A program made the position numbers and the translations under genes. The notes under the pieces were generated by a model, which ran no database searches, was not told the origin of the DNA, and saw nothing but the letters and a program-made list of their open reading frames with translations. Positions 38,832 through 47,642 of a stretch of 64,000 nucleotides of DNA are shown here, piece after piece. The stretch is from an uncultured Spirochaetota bacterium (lineage in GTDB: Bacteria > Spirochaetota > Spirochaetia > SZUA-6 > Fen-1364): the NCBI GenBank assembly GCA_963845535.1, contig CAWJSK010000013.1, forward strand, positions 32,001 through 96,000, written 5' to 3'. Positions within the stretch are counted from its first letter, which is position 1; the number at the start of each line of letters is the position of its first letter.

Positions 38832-39773
38832 TCAAACCGCCAGGGGCTGAGGCGCATCTCCCCGCTTGCCCTCCAGCGCCTTGAGGAGGCGGTAGAGAGT
38901 CTGGTTTACAGGAACAGGGATCCCCGTCTCCTGGCCCAGTCGGATCATTGTTCCCGCAAAGGCATCCACCTCGGTCTTTCGCCCCGCCTCCACGTCCTGG
39001 AGCATGGAAGTTTTGCTTTCAGGCCCGAGTCCCTGGAGCGTCCTGTACCACGCTTTGATGTCGGAGTCGTTCAGGCCGGTCCCCTTTGCCTTTGAAACGG
39101 CCACGACTTCGGCCATGGCTGCCTCCATGACGGCCTGGGCCTCCGGGTTGGTCTGGAACATGCCGTACGTACCGCGCACGACGGCTGAAACCTGGTTGAT
39201 CCCCACGTTGATCATGAACTTGTACCAAAGGCTTCGAATCATGTCCGCAGGGACCACGTGAGCCAAGCCGGTGCGCTTGAAGAATGCCGATATGCGCGAC
39301 ACGCGCGGGCTCCAGGCACCCTCCGCGTTGCGCGCGTCACCGAAGTGGATTACCCCGCCGGAGGAAAAGCTCGTGGCGTTGCCTTCCCGCAGCGCGTCGA
39401 TGCCGAGAATCATGGCGTATGGCACTTTCTCCCGTCCGAAGGCGGCAGCCAGGGCATCCTCGCTCGTGATCCCATTGAGGAGGGAAAGGATAAGCGTCCT
39501 TGGGCCGACCTGGGCGCTCATATCCCGGACGGCTTGGTCCAATTGATAGGTTTTTACGCACACAATGACCAGGTCAGCCTTGCCGCCTTCCTGCGGTGTG
39601 ACCAGGGAGAAACTTTCCCGCACGCCGTTCAGGATGAAGCCTTCCTTGCGATACCTCTCCAGCCGCTCACCGGAGGCAAGGATGCGGACCGCAGCGGGGT
39701 CATGCTTTGCGATGACGCCGGCCACAGCGGCACCAACTGCTCCGGCGCCCACAATAAGTGCGCTCGTGATCAC
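38832..39773 (-). CDS. panE: Ketopantoate reductase family protein
   Basis: IVGAGAVG, CVKTYQ, LLNGI, WYKFMIN, TSMLQD..KTEVD. Confidence 0.85.
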   Translation of the reverse strand: MITSALIVGAGAVGAAVAGVIAKHDPAAVRILASGERLERYRKEGFILNGVRESFSLVTPQEGGKADLVIVCVKTYQLDQAVRDMSAQVGPRTLILSLLNGITSEDALAAAFGREKVPYAMILGIDALREGNATSFSSGGVIHFGDARNAEGAWSPRVSRISAFFKRTGLAHVVPADMIRSLWYKFMINVGINQVSAVVRGTYGMFQTNPEAQAVMEAAMAEVVAVSKAKGTGLNDSDIKAWYRTLQGLGPESKTSMLQDVEAGRKTEVDAFAGTMIRLGQETGIPVPVNQTLYRLLKALEGKRGDAPQPLAV

Positions 39774-41503
39774 TGAGGTTGCCCGCGTTTCCTCAGCCAA
39801 TCGAGCAGCCTGTCCGTTGGCCATGTATTGATAACATCCTCTGCCGCCAGCCACGCCCGGCGGGCCAGGGCAACGCCGAAGGGCAGCAGGTCGAGATCCG
39901 CCTCGGAATGGGCGTCGGTGTTGATGCTCAGCGGGATTCCCATTTCCTTTGCGCGTCGGGCGTAGATATCCTCCAGGTCCAGCCGGTAAGGACTTGCGTT
40001 GATCTCCAGGGCCACACCGGACTGAGCGGCGGCGGCCAACACGGCGTCCATATCCAGGTCAGCGCCGGGCCGATCCGGGATCAAGCGCCCCGTCGGGTGG
40101 CCAATGATGTCCACATGCGGATTACGGATGGCTCGTATCAGCCGCTGCGTGACTTTCTCCCGTTCCTGGCGAAGGGTCGAGTGCAGCGAGGCCATCACGA
40201 GGTCCAGAGTGGCCAGGAACTCGTCAGGATAATCGAGCGTGCCGTCCGCCTTGATCTCCACCTCCGTGGCGTGAAGGAGCAAAATGCTGTTGCCGAGCTG
40301 GCGCTGGACGGCTTGGATCTCCGCCTGCTGCTCGGCGTGACGCTCCATGCTCAAGCCGTTTGTCATCCCCAGGCCCACAGAGTGATCTGTGAAGGCGATG
40401 ACTTTGATCCCGCGCCGGGCGGCCGCCCGCGAAAGATCAAGCATCGACAACCTGCCGTCCGACCATGTCGAATGCGTGTGCAGGTCCGCCCTGATGTCCC
40501 GGACTTCGATCAGCTTCGGGAGCTTCCCTGCCCTGGCAGCCTGCACTTCACCCCGATCCTCCCGCAGCTCGGGCGGGATCCACGGGAGTCCAAGGGCTTC
40601 GTAGACTTCTCCTTCCGTTGCGCAGAGGATCTCCCCGGACCCGTTGGTCCTGGCCAAGGCGTGCTCGGAGAGCGACAGGCCTTTGTCGAGGGCAAGCTGC
40701 CGGAGCTGCACGTTGTGGTCCTTCGATCCGGTGGCGTACTGCAGGGCTGTCCCGAACCTCTCCGGCGGGTGCACCCAGACCTGGGCGCGCACCCCGTCCG
40801 CAAACTCGATGCTCGCCTTGGTCTCCCCTTTGCCGAGCACCCGGTCAACGCCCGGCAGCGTCGTGAAGGCCTCCATGACCGGCTCGGATTCCCGGGCGGC
40901 AACCAGGATGTCGAGGTCTCCAACAGTCGAGCGCATGCGGCGAAGGGACCCTGCGGGTTCAGCAGCCGTTACCCCTTTCACTTTCCGCAGCGCGGAGATG
41001 ATCTGCTGGGCCAGCGGCCACGCCCGGCCCAGGGGAACGCGTCCCGACCGGCGCGCCAGCGACTCGATCCCTTTGAGGATCTGCGCCTCGGACTTCTCCC
41101 CCAGACCCGTGAGCTTCCGCAGCTTGCCCTCCTGCGCGGCGGCGGTCAGCTCCGCCAGGGTCGTGATCCCCAGCTCCTTCCAGATCAGCGCCACCTTCTT
41201 GGGACCCAGCCCCGGCACCTGGAGCCACTCCGCCAGTCCCGCCGGCACCTCCTGCTCGATCTTCTGGAGGAACTGAAGGCTGCCGGTACGTATCAGCTCG
41301 TCGATCTTCTCTGCGATGGACTTGCCGACACCCGGAATCTCGAGCAGCTTTTCTTCTTTCCAGTACTGGTTGACGTCCCCAGCCAGGGCCGTCAGGCTTT
41401 CCGCCGCCCTGCGATAGGCCAGGGTCTTGTAAACCGTCTCACCCTTGATCTCCAGGAGGTTGGCTATCAGGGTGAATGTTTCGGCAAGCTCGCGGTTGGT
41501 CAT
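39770..41503 (-). CDS. polX: DNA polymerase X with PHP domain
   Basis: AYRRAA, HhH motifs, AGSLRR..GDLD, YATGSKDHN, DLHTHSTWSDG, INTDAH. Confidence 0.95.
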   Translation of the reverse strand: MTNRELAETFTLIANLLEIKGETVYKTLAYRRAAESLTALAGDVNQYWKEEKLLEIPGVGKSIAEKIDELIRTGSLQFLQKIEQEVPAGLAEWLQVPGLGPKKVALIWKELGITTLAELTAAAQEGKLRKLTGLGEKSEAQILKGIESLARRSGRVPLGRAWPLAQQIISALRKVKGVTAAEPAGSLRRMRSTVGDLDILVAARESEPVMEAFTTLPGVDRVLGKGETKASIEFADGVRAQVWVHPPERFGTALQYATGSKDHNVQLRQLALDKGLSLSEHALARTNGSGEILCATEGEVYEALGLPWIPPELREDRGEVQAARAGKLPKLIEVRDIRADLHTHSTWSDGRLSMLDLSRAAARRGIKVIAFTDHSVGLGMTNGLSMERHAEQQAEIQAVQRQLGNSILLLHATEVEIKADGTLDYPDEFLATLDLVMASLHSTLRQEREKVTQRLIRAIRNPHVDIIGHPTGRLIPDRPGADLDMDAVLAAAAQSGVALEINASPYRLDLEDIYARRAKEMGIPLSINTDAHSEADLDLLPFGVALARRAWLAAEDVINTWPTDRLLDWLRKRGQPQ

Positions 41504-41617
41504 TGGCGCCTGTTCCCGGACATAAAGGAAACATAGTACAGCGGCCCGACTTCGCCAATGCTTGATACAGTTGAGGCAAGCGGCGCTCTCCTGTACAGTC
41601 GATTAAAAAGGCGGAAT

Positions 41618-42457
41618 ATGATCAGGCATTCATTTTGTCACATCAAGGGAATCAGCCTCAAGACGGAGCACGCCCTGTGGGAGGCGGGTCTTCTGGGATG
41701 GGAAGACATTGACAGGGAGCGCCCTGATTGGCTGAGTCCAAGCCGATATGCTTTGTTGCGCAAAGGTGTAGTGAAATCTCGTCAAAAGCTGGCGGAAGGG
41801 GATGCTCGGTATTTCCAGGACCTCTTGCCGAGCCGCGAGCACTGGCGATTGTTTGGCGCCTTCAGGAACAGCACAGCCTTTTTTGACATCGAGACCACCG
41901 GCCTGCAACCCGACTGGGACAACATAACGACAATTGCACTCTATAATGGAAAATGTATAAAGACATTTGTCAATGGAAGGAATCTCGATTGCTTCTGCCA
42001 GGAGGTGTCCAAGTACAATCAGATCGTCACCTACAACGGCAAGTGCTTCGATGTACCGTTCATCCGCCGAAAGCTGAACGCTCGGATTGATCACGCACAT
42101 CTTGACCTGCGGTATTTGCTCAACCGTCTTGGCTACAAAGGCGGACTGAAGGGATGTGAGAAAACACTCGGAGTCACAAGGCGGGGTGTTGAGGACGTCA
42201 ACGGCTTCATGGCCGTTCTTCTTTGGGAAGAGTACAACAAAGGCAATGACAAGGCGCTGGAAACTCTTCTGGCGTACAACGTCGCGGATGCGGTCAACCT
42301 CGAGATACTCTCGGTCAAAGCGTACAATATGTACCTGAAGCATACGCCGTTCAGCAATACTCTCCGACTTGAGCCACCGGCAGTGCCAAAAGTTCCCTAC
42401 CATCCAGACGTAGGAATTATCAAGAGACTGCAACCTTCGCTTTCTTCCTGGTGCTGA
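41618..42457 (+). CDS. RNase H-like (RNase_H_2/YprB-like) exonuclease
   Basis: FFDIETTG, VTYNGKCFDVPF, HLDL, GGLKGCE, YNVAD. Confidence 0.88.
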   Translation: MIRHSFCHIKGISLKTEHALWEAGLLGWEDIDRERPDWLSPSRYALLRKGVVKSRQKLAEGDARYFQDLLPSREHWRLFGAFRNSTAFFDIETTGLQPDWDNITTIALYNGKCIKTFVNGRNLDCFCQEVSKYNQIVTYNGKCFDVPFIRRKLNARIDHAHLDLRYLLNRLGYKGGLKGCEKTLGVTRRGVEDVNGFMAVLLWEEYNKGNDKALETLLAYNVADAVNLEILSVKAYNMYLKHTPFSNTLRLEPPAVPKVPYHPDVGIIKRLQPSLSSWC

Positions 42458-42471
42458 GGGCAGAGAAGAGC

Positions 42472-42753
42472 ATGAACAAACGGGGAGCGTCGGGAAGTCT
42501 GAGAGGGGAGGCGCTGCGCAGGGAAGTGTGCCGCCGTATCCGGCTGGCCCGCGCGTACTGGGACGCGCACAGGAATGCCGCATGCCGCGCGGAGCGCCAG
42601 CGGGCTCTCCAACTTTATGACACTCTTACGAAAGAGGAAAAAGAGAAAATCCCCCAGGTTCTGCGCGTATGGTTGCGGTATCGCAGCGAGAAATACTTTG
42701 GCGAAGAGCGGACGCCTCCCGGCGGGGGCGGCGGCGGCGGGCGGCAATCTTGA
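42472..42753 (+). CDS. Small basic hypothetical protein
   Basis: RRIRLARAYWDAHRNAACR..LRVWLRYRSEKYFG; RBS present. Confidence 0.7.
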   Translation: MNKRGASGSLRGEALRREVCRRIRLARAYWDAHRNAACRAERQRALQLYDTLTKEEKEKIPQVLRVWLRYRSEKYFGEERTPPGGGGGGGRQS

Positions 42754-42780
42754 CCACCGCGGGCTATCCTGGCGTTTTTC

Positions 42781-43211
42781 TCATTTTTCCAGGGGGTGGC
42801 GCCAACGAAGGCCGGGGAATCGCGCGTAGTCCCTGTCCGTACTGATCCATTCACTTCCTGACTCAATGGCGAGCGCGGCGAGATACGCATCCGAGACAAG
42901 GTTGCCCCGCGCGCCGCAAGTATCACAAAGCTCCCGGAAGAGCTCCATTGGCGGGGCCCTTGGGAAATCACCACCGCATGTCTGTCTTCCCGAATCTGGC
43001 TCACGAACGCCATTGCCATTCGGGCGGGGCTTGGCGGATCGAAAATACGCACATGGGTGAGGATCCGAAGACACCCGCTCAACACAAGGTCCGAAACGCC
43101 ATATGCCGACCCGCTCCGCATGATCCCTTCCAGCCACGCCTTGTACTCATCATGCCGATCACATTCTTCCCGATGGGCGTAAATGAGAACGTTGACGTCA
43201 CAGAGAATCAT
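42781..43211 (-). CDS. vapC: VapC PIN toxin; frameshift near 42950
   Basis: MILCDVNVLIYAH; second frame GNLVSDAYLAALAIE..STDRDYARFPGLRW. Confidence 0.88.
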
Positions 43212-43453
43212 CGAGTGCCGTCGATGAGGTCGAGCAGCTCACTCGTGTTGTCGAGGTTCACGCCACGCTGGACACCCTTTCCCTTGAAGGTAGCAAGCGG
43301 CCGAGGCGCACCGCCGGCCACCTCTGACTTGCGCAGCGCGAGCGCGGTCCGGATAGCGTCTTCCACGAGATCCTTGAGAGTGCGGTTGCTTTCCGCGGCT
43401 ATCCGTTTCAACTCGACAAGCAGATCATCTTGGATGTCAATTGTTGTCCTCAC
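43208..43453 (-). CDS. VapB-type ribbon-helix-helix antitoxin
   Basis: MRTTIDIQDDLLVELKRIAAESNRTLKDLVEDAIR. Confidence 0.88.
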   Translation of the reverse strand: MRTTIDIQDDLLVELKRIAAESNRTLKDLVEDAIRTALALRKSEVAGGAPRPLATFKGKGVQRGVNLDNTSELLDLIDGTR

Positions 43454-43535
43454 GCATAAAAACATAAAGGCCTCAGGGCTGACGATTGTCGGGTGAGGCA
43501 TGTTGAGCCCGTTCGGCGGCCCGCCGTGCGACGGG

Positions 43536-44657
43536 CTACCCCTCGAAGGCCTCCACGATTCTTCGGATTTCAGCGCTCGCTCTCTCATCCTGGGCCCGGC
43601 CTTTCAGGCCGTTCACCAGGCTGATGATCTCTTCCTGGGCCGAGTCTCGTCGAACGGCGAATTGGCGGTCGCGCAACGCCGCGCGCGCAGGCTGTTTCGA
43701 GGCCGCCCGGCGGCGCTTCCAGTATGCCGGAGCGGCAGGAGAGCCCTCCTGGTAGTCGTAGTCCTTCCACAACGGGCAGAAGGACCCGTTCTCCAACACG
43801 GCGGGTCGATACAGGGAGAGGCACGGCACGGGTCCGGCAGTGAACCAGATCACAGCCTGGCGCTCCGCGGCGCGCAGCTCAACTGCCAGGGAGGCGGTGG
43901 TTGCGTTGTTGACGAGGCCTCCGCCGTGCATGCATACGCTCCTCATCCGATTTACGCCACTGGAGTGGGAGCGCAGGGCGGCAAAAATCGTCTGAACTGT
44001 TTGCCCTTGCGTTGCCGCCGCGCTGATCCGTGACAGCGAGCACGCCCTGCGGAAGTCTCCTTGCGTGACCAAAGCGTACGGGCGGCTGCTCACACGCCGC
44101 TTCCAGGAATAGCCGGGCTTTCTCTCCAGAGCAGTGACCGCGTCTGACCGCTCGAAATCGTTGGTAAGGGAGTAGGAGTTGGAGATGGCCACCGGAGCGC
44201 TCACGCGGCGGGCCGCCCACCGGTGCCCCGCAGTTTCGATTACCCAGGCATCCGCGAAATCCGCCACCAGATAGCTGTTATCATAGAAGAGACTGCCCTT
44301 ATACGCTCCGTTGCCGCCTTGCGAATGCGTTTCTGTGAAATGGGCGATGAAATCAACGGCCTCCGTTGCGGTTGCCGCCTCCTCCAGGGCAAGGCGGAGG
44401 ATATCCATTCCCAGCACGCCGTCACGGGCCGGCTTCCAGCGGGAGAACACCGCTTCATTTCCGATCACGACGCCGCGGGCGTTGATTCCCATCTCAGCGC
44501 CGCGCATCCACACGGGACGGGAGAGCAGGGACGGCCAGCGTGGTCCGGAGGCAAGCGTCATGACCTGCGGCTCATCGGGATTGCGATCAGAGTTTTTGCC
44601 GAAGAATGCCAGGCCGTCTGACGCGGCGCTGGAAGGCACGAAAAGGGTGTCGCACAT
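43536..44657 (-). CDS. Peptidase C69 / secernin-like Ntn hydrolase
   Basis: MCDT N-terminal nucleophile, FGKNSDRNPDEPQ, GAEMGIN..IGNEAV, LGMDILRLALE. Confidence 0.88.
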   Translation of the reverse strand: MCDTLFVPSSAASDGLAFFGKNSDRNPDEPQVMTLASGPRWPSLLSRPVWMRGAEMGINARGVVIGNEAVFSRWKPARDGVLGMDILRLALEEAATATEAVDFIAHFTETHSQGGNGAYKGSLFYDNSYLVADFADAWVIETAGHRWAARRVSAPVAISNSYSLTNDFERSDAVTALERKPGYSWKRRVSSRPYALVTQGDFRRACSLSRISAAATQGQTVQTIFAALRSHSSGVNRMRSVCMHGGGLVNNATTASLAVELRAAERQAVIWFTAGPVPCLSLYRPAVLENGSFCPLWKDYDYQEGSPAAPAYWKRRRAASKQPARAALRDRQFAVRRDSAQEEIISLVNGLKGRAQDERASAEIRRIVEAFEG

Positions 44658-44688
44658 GGCGCCATCATAGGGCCGCAGCCGCGCGGCC

Positions 44689-44718
44689 GCAAGGTTGCAA
44701 GGTTGCAAGGTTGCAAGG
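44689..44718. repeat. Tandem 8-mer (GCAAGGTT)x3.75
   Basis: Directly visible, intergenic. Confidence 0.85.
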
Positions 44719-44731
44719 CGCCTGCGAGGTA

Positions 44732-45655
44732 TTACCAGCGATATCTCAAGAGCGCTGAAAGGTTTCGCGCCAGCTTTTGTTCCTGGCCTCCGAGCTCCAG
44801 AAGCCGCACAACCTCCGCGGCCTCCGGAGGAAGCGCATCCGCTGGTGTTCCTTCCAGAAGAGCCTGGCTGGTCTTTCGATCGAAGACAAAGCGACGTTCC
44901 ACGGCGGCGCGATGCTTTGCATTTTCCGGGCATGCCTCCTGACAGCGGAGGCATCCTATGGCCGCCGTATGGGCACCCGCAGGCAGCCAATCCGGGAAGT
45001 CTCCTGCGCCTTCGTTGAGGAAAGTCAGGCAGCGCGGGGCATCGACACCAAAAGCGCCATCACGGAAGCAGCCATTCGGGCAGGCGCGAATGCAGGCGCC
45101 GCAGTGAGCGCAGCGCGGAAGGATCTGCGGCGGCCCCCAGTTTCGTTCTCCAAGGTCGGCGTCTATCCACCAGGCATCAAGCCGCGCGTAGCTCCCCATG
45201 CCCTGGACCCGCAGCACATTGTCCCTGCCGTACGCGCCGAGTCCCGCGCACGCCGCGAGCGTCTTGAGCGGAAGCAGCGCTGGTTCGGTAAGCCGCCCGA
45301 GCGGTCCCAACACCGCTCCCAGAAGCTCGTTATTCTTTGCCGTGATTCGATCAGAGAGGTATGTCGATGGGATTGTCGCTTCAACCGCGCCGCCGGGAAG
45401 GTCCAGGGCGATGACGGACCTTTGATGAGGCGTGGCGACAACCAGAAGGGAAGCATCCTGACCAAAGGGAGCGGGCGGCCCGAACTTCATTCCTCCGAAG
45501 TACGCCGCATGCACTCGCTGATCCATCCGCCCTTCTCGAAGGAGCGTCTCGATTCTCTCCCTGACCTCTCCCGCCCGGACCGCGCGACACGCGGCAATGC
45601 GCCTTCCTTCCGACTGGAAAAGGTTCGTAAGCGCCTCGAATATCGAGCTCGCCAT
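44732..45655 (-). CDS. QueG-like double [4Fe-4S] protein
   Basis: LKTLAACAGLGAYGRDN, CAHCGACIRACP, CLT, GCLRCQEACP. Confidence 0.8.
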   Translation of the reverse strand: MASSIFEALTNLFQSEGRRIAACRAVRAGEVRERIETLLREGRMDQRVHAAYFGGMKFGPPAPFGQDASLLVVATPHQRSVIALDLPGGAVEATIPSTYLSDRITAKNNELLGAVLGPLGRLTEPALLPLKTLAACAGLGAYGRDNVLRVQGMGSYARLDAWWIDADLGERNWGPPQILPRCAHCGACIRACPNGCFRDGAFGVDAPRCLTFLNEGAGDFPDWLPAGAHTAAIGCLRCQEACPENAKHRAAVERRFVFDRKTSQALLEGTPADALPPEAAEVVRLLELGGQEQKLARNLSALLRYRW

Positions 45656-45670
45656 GCTGCTTTCCCCTCT

Positions 45671-46108
45671 TCAGATTACGCGCAAGCGTTCGGCGGTCTT
45701 TCTGTAGTTGACGGTCTCCGTCTCGAAATCCAGAGTGATGTGCCATGCCTGCATTGTCTTTGCTCCGACGATCACCCCTTCCGTGCATGTGTCGAAGACG
45801 ATGAACTCATCACTGAACCGGGCTTTGCTGTCATCAAAACGGAAGTCCAGCGCGACTCGGTAACGGGCCTGGATCAACTGCCCCGCCAGCGCAGTCTCGA
45901 AAACCCAGTCTTCAGGGTCCGGCAATCGGTCCAGAAGGGATATCTCTTCTGCGATATCCCGCCGGATGATCGAATATGTGGCTCCTGAGTCGAAAAGCGC
46001 ACGGCAGCTCGCTTTTCCCCTGGATCCGACCAAAGTAACGTCATGCTCCAGTACACTCACTGCACTCTCCTGCCTTGGAATACTGGGCACTTTGAAATGC
46101 TGCTTCAC
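45671..46108 (-). CDS. Retropepsin-like aspartic protease
   Basis: ALFDSGATYSII and IVGAKTMQ motifs. Confidence 0.8.
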   Translation of the reverse strand: MKQHFKVPSIPRQESAVSVLEHDVTLVGSRGKASCRALFDSGATYSIIRRDIAEEISLLDRLPDPEDWVFETALAGQLIQARYRVALDFRFDDSKARFSDEFIVFDTCTEGVIVGAKTMQAWHITLDFETETVNYRKTAERLRVI

Positions 46109-46382
46109 GTCTTCATGGTTGCATCGGCAAACAATGGAGTCAAGAGCGGGTGTGACTGGCGTGACGGGGCCACGCGGTTTTCATCGACGCCAGGATGTTG
46201 CACTGCGTAAGCCTATGAAAAACGCGAGAAGTGCATAGTTTCTTTACACTTTCTGCGGTTTTTATAGGTTTCGCGATCCTCTCCTGGATTTCCGAGCTGA
46301 TAGCTTGCGGACTTACGTGCCCCGGTGCCTTGGCGCCTTGACTGCCTATGTCTATCTTTAGGCTCATCGGGAGGCACCAGAA

Positions 46383-46787
46383 ATGACAGTTCCTACAAAT
46401 TTCCTTGCCGTTGTTGTGGCGGCCCTTGCGAGCTTCGGTCTTGGCGCGTTGTGGTATGCGGTGCTGTTCGGGAAGACGTGGCAGAGGCTTTCAGGCACGA
46501 CGGAAGTCAAGCAAACAGCGGTCAGCCTCATTGTGGTCTTCGTTGGCTCCCTGTTCATGAGCTTCGTCCTGCATCACGCCATCATCTTCGCCAACACGTT
46601 TCTCAAGACCAGCGGTGTTGGCGGCGGGCTGATGGTCGGGTTTTTCAACTGGATCGGCTTCATTGCCCCAGTCACAATTGGAGTCGTGACCTACCAGAAG
46701 AGGCCTTTTGCGCTGTGGCTTTTGGACAACGCCTACTGGCTAATCTCCCTTCTCGTAATGGGAATCATCCTCTCCGTCTGGCAGTAG
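46383..46787 (+). CDS. DUF1761 membrane protein
   Basis: NFLAVVVAA..GALWY..LFGKTW. Confidence 0.85.
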   Translation: MTVPTNFLAVVVAALASFGLGALWYAVLFGKTWQRLSGTTEVKQTAVSLIVVFVGSLFMSFVLHHAIIFANTFLKTSGVGGGLMVGFFNWIGFIAPVTIGVVTYQKRPFALWLLDNAYWLISLLVMGIILSVWQ

Positions 46788-46854
46788 AGGCGGCCGCCGG
46801 CGATCATCTGCGGGGCATTTGTGAGTGACGGCGTGGTGCGATACACTTGTCTGC

Positions 46855-47253
46855 ATGGAACCCGAAGTCGATTTGCCGTCGGACGCATACCTGGAGGTCA
46901 CGAAGAAAGAGGGGGAGGCTTTTCGCTTCCCCATCACAAAAAAGACCGTGACCATTGGCAGAGACCCCGCCTGCGACCTGCATCTGGATGACCCCTATGT
47001 TTCGCGCAAGCACTGTCAGATCGTGTTCCGGGGTGAGCACTTTACCGTGATCGACCTGCAATCCCTGAACAAAACCGTAGTCAAAGGAAAGCAATACATC
47101 CAGAAGAACCTCATGCCGGGCAACGTGATCGATCTCGGGGCAACGAAGCTGCGGTTCGAGTGGCCTACGCACCTGGAGTGGCGTCGCGCCCACGGGCTAT
47201 CTGAGGAAATATCTTCGGACACGGACCTCCCGGAAAAACCGGAAATGCAATAG
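46855..47253 (+). CDS. FHA domain protein
   Basis: TIGRD..VSRKHC..DLQSLNKT. Confidence 0.9.
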   Translation: MEPEVDLPSDAYLEVTKKEGEAFRFPITKKTVTIGRDPACDLHLDDPYVSRKHCQIVFRGEHFTVIDLQSLNKTVVKGKQYIQKNLMPGNVIDLGATKLRFEWPTHLEWRRAHGLSEEISSDTDLPEKPEMQ

Positions 47254-47283
47254 CGCGTTAAGCTTTCTTGTAAGGAGACGACG

Positions 47284-47598
47284 ATGGCTGATTACACTTT
47301 CGATGGAAGGCGCCTGGTGAAGAAGAGCTCGGGCCAGAAGCTTGCCGAAGTCGACAGGGACACCTTACGGTCCTACAACGGCGCTGTATTTGGCCAGATC
47401 GAAGGCAAGAACCTTCGGGACTCGCACGGGAAAAAAGTGGCGGAGTTCAACGGCAAGGAAGTCAAGGACGACAGGGGCAAGAAGATCATCAGCATCAAGG
47501 AGATACAGGAGGTCGTCGAGGGCGACCCGGGAATCTCCATGGTGGCACTGTGGTACTTCTTCGTGAAAGGTCGCCATGATCACGCCGGAGTACTTTGA
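47284..47598 (+). CDS. Hypothetical protein with short internal beta repeats
   Basis: Repeated LRxxxGxx units; AGGAG RBS. Confidence 0.75.
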   Translation: MADYTFDGRRLVKKSSGQKLAEVDRDTLRSYNGAVFGQIEGKNLRDSHGKKVAEFNGKEVKDDRGKKIISIKEIQEVVEGDPGISMVALWYFFVKGRHDHAGVL

Positions 47599-47642
47599 CT
47601 GACAAGGACCTTCCTGGCTTCGTTGACACGTAGTTCGCGCGC

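Noticed and set aside
39779..41536. Long antisense ORFs (also 47703-48866, 50580-51554, 56165-57250, 44777-45988)
   Set aside because: GC-rich shadows of well-supported genes on the opposite strand, with no motifs.
1..44000. Prophage or ICE
   Set aside because: No structural, replication, relaxase or T4SS genes in the window.
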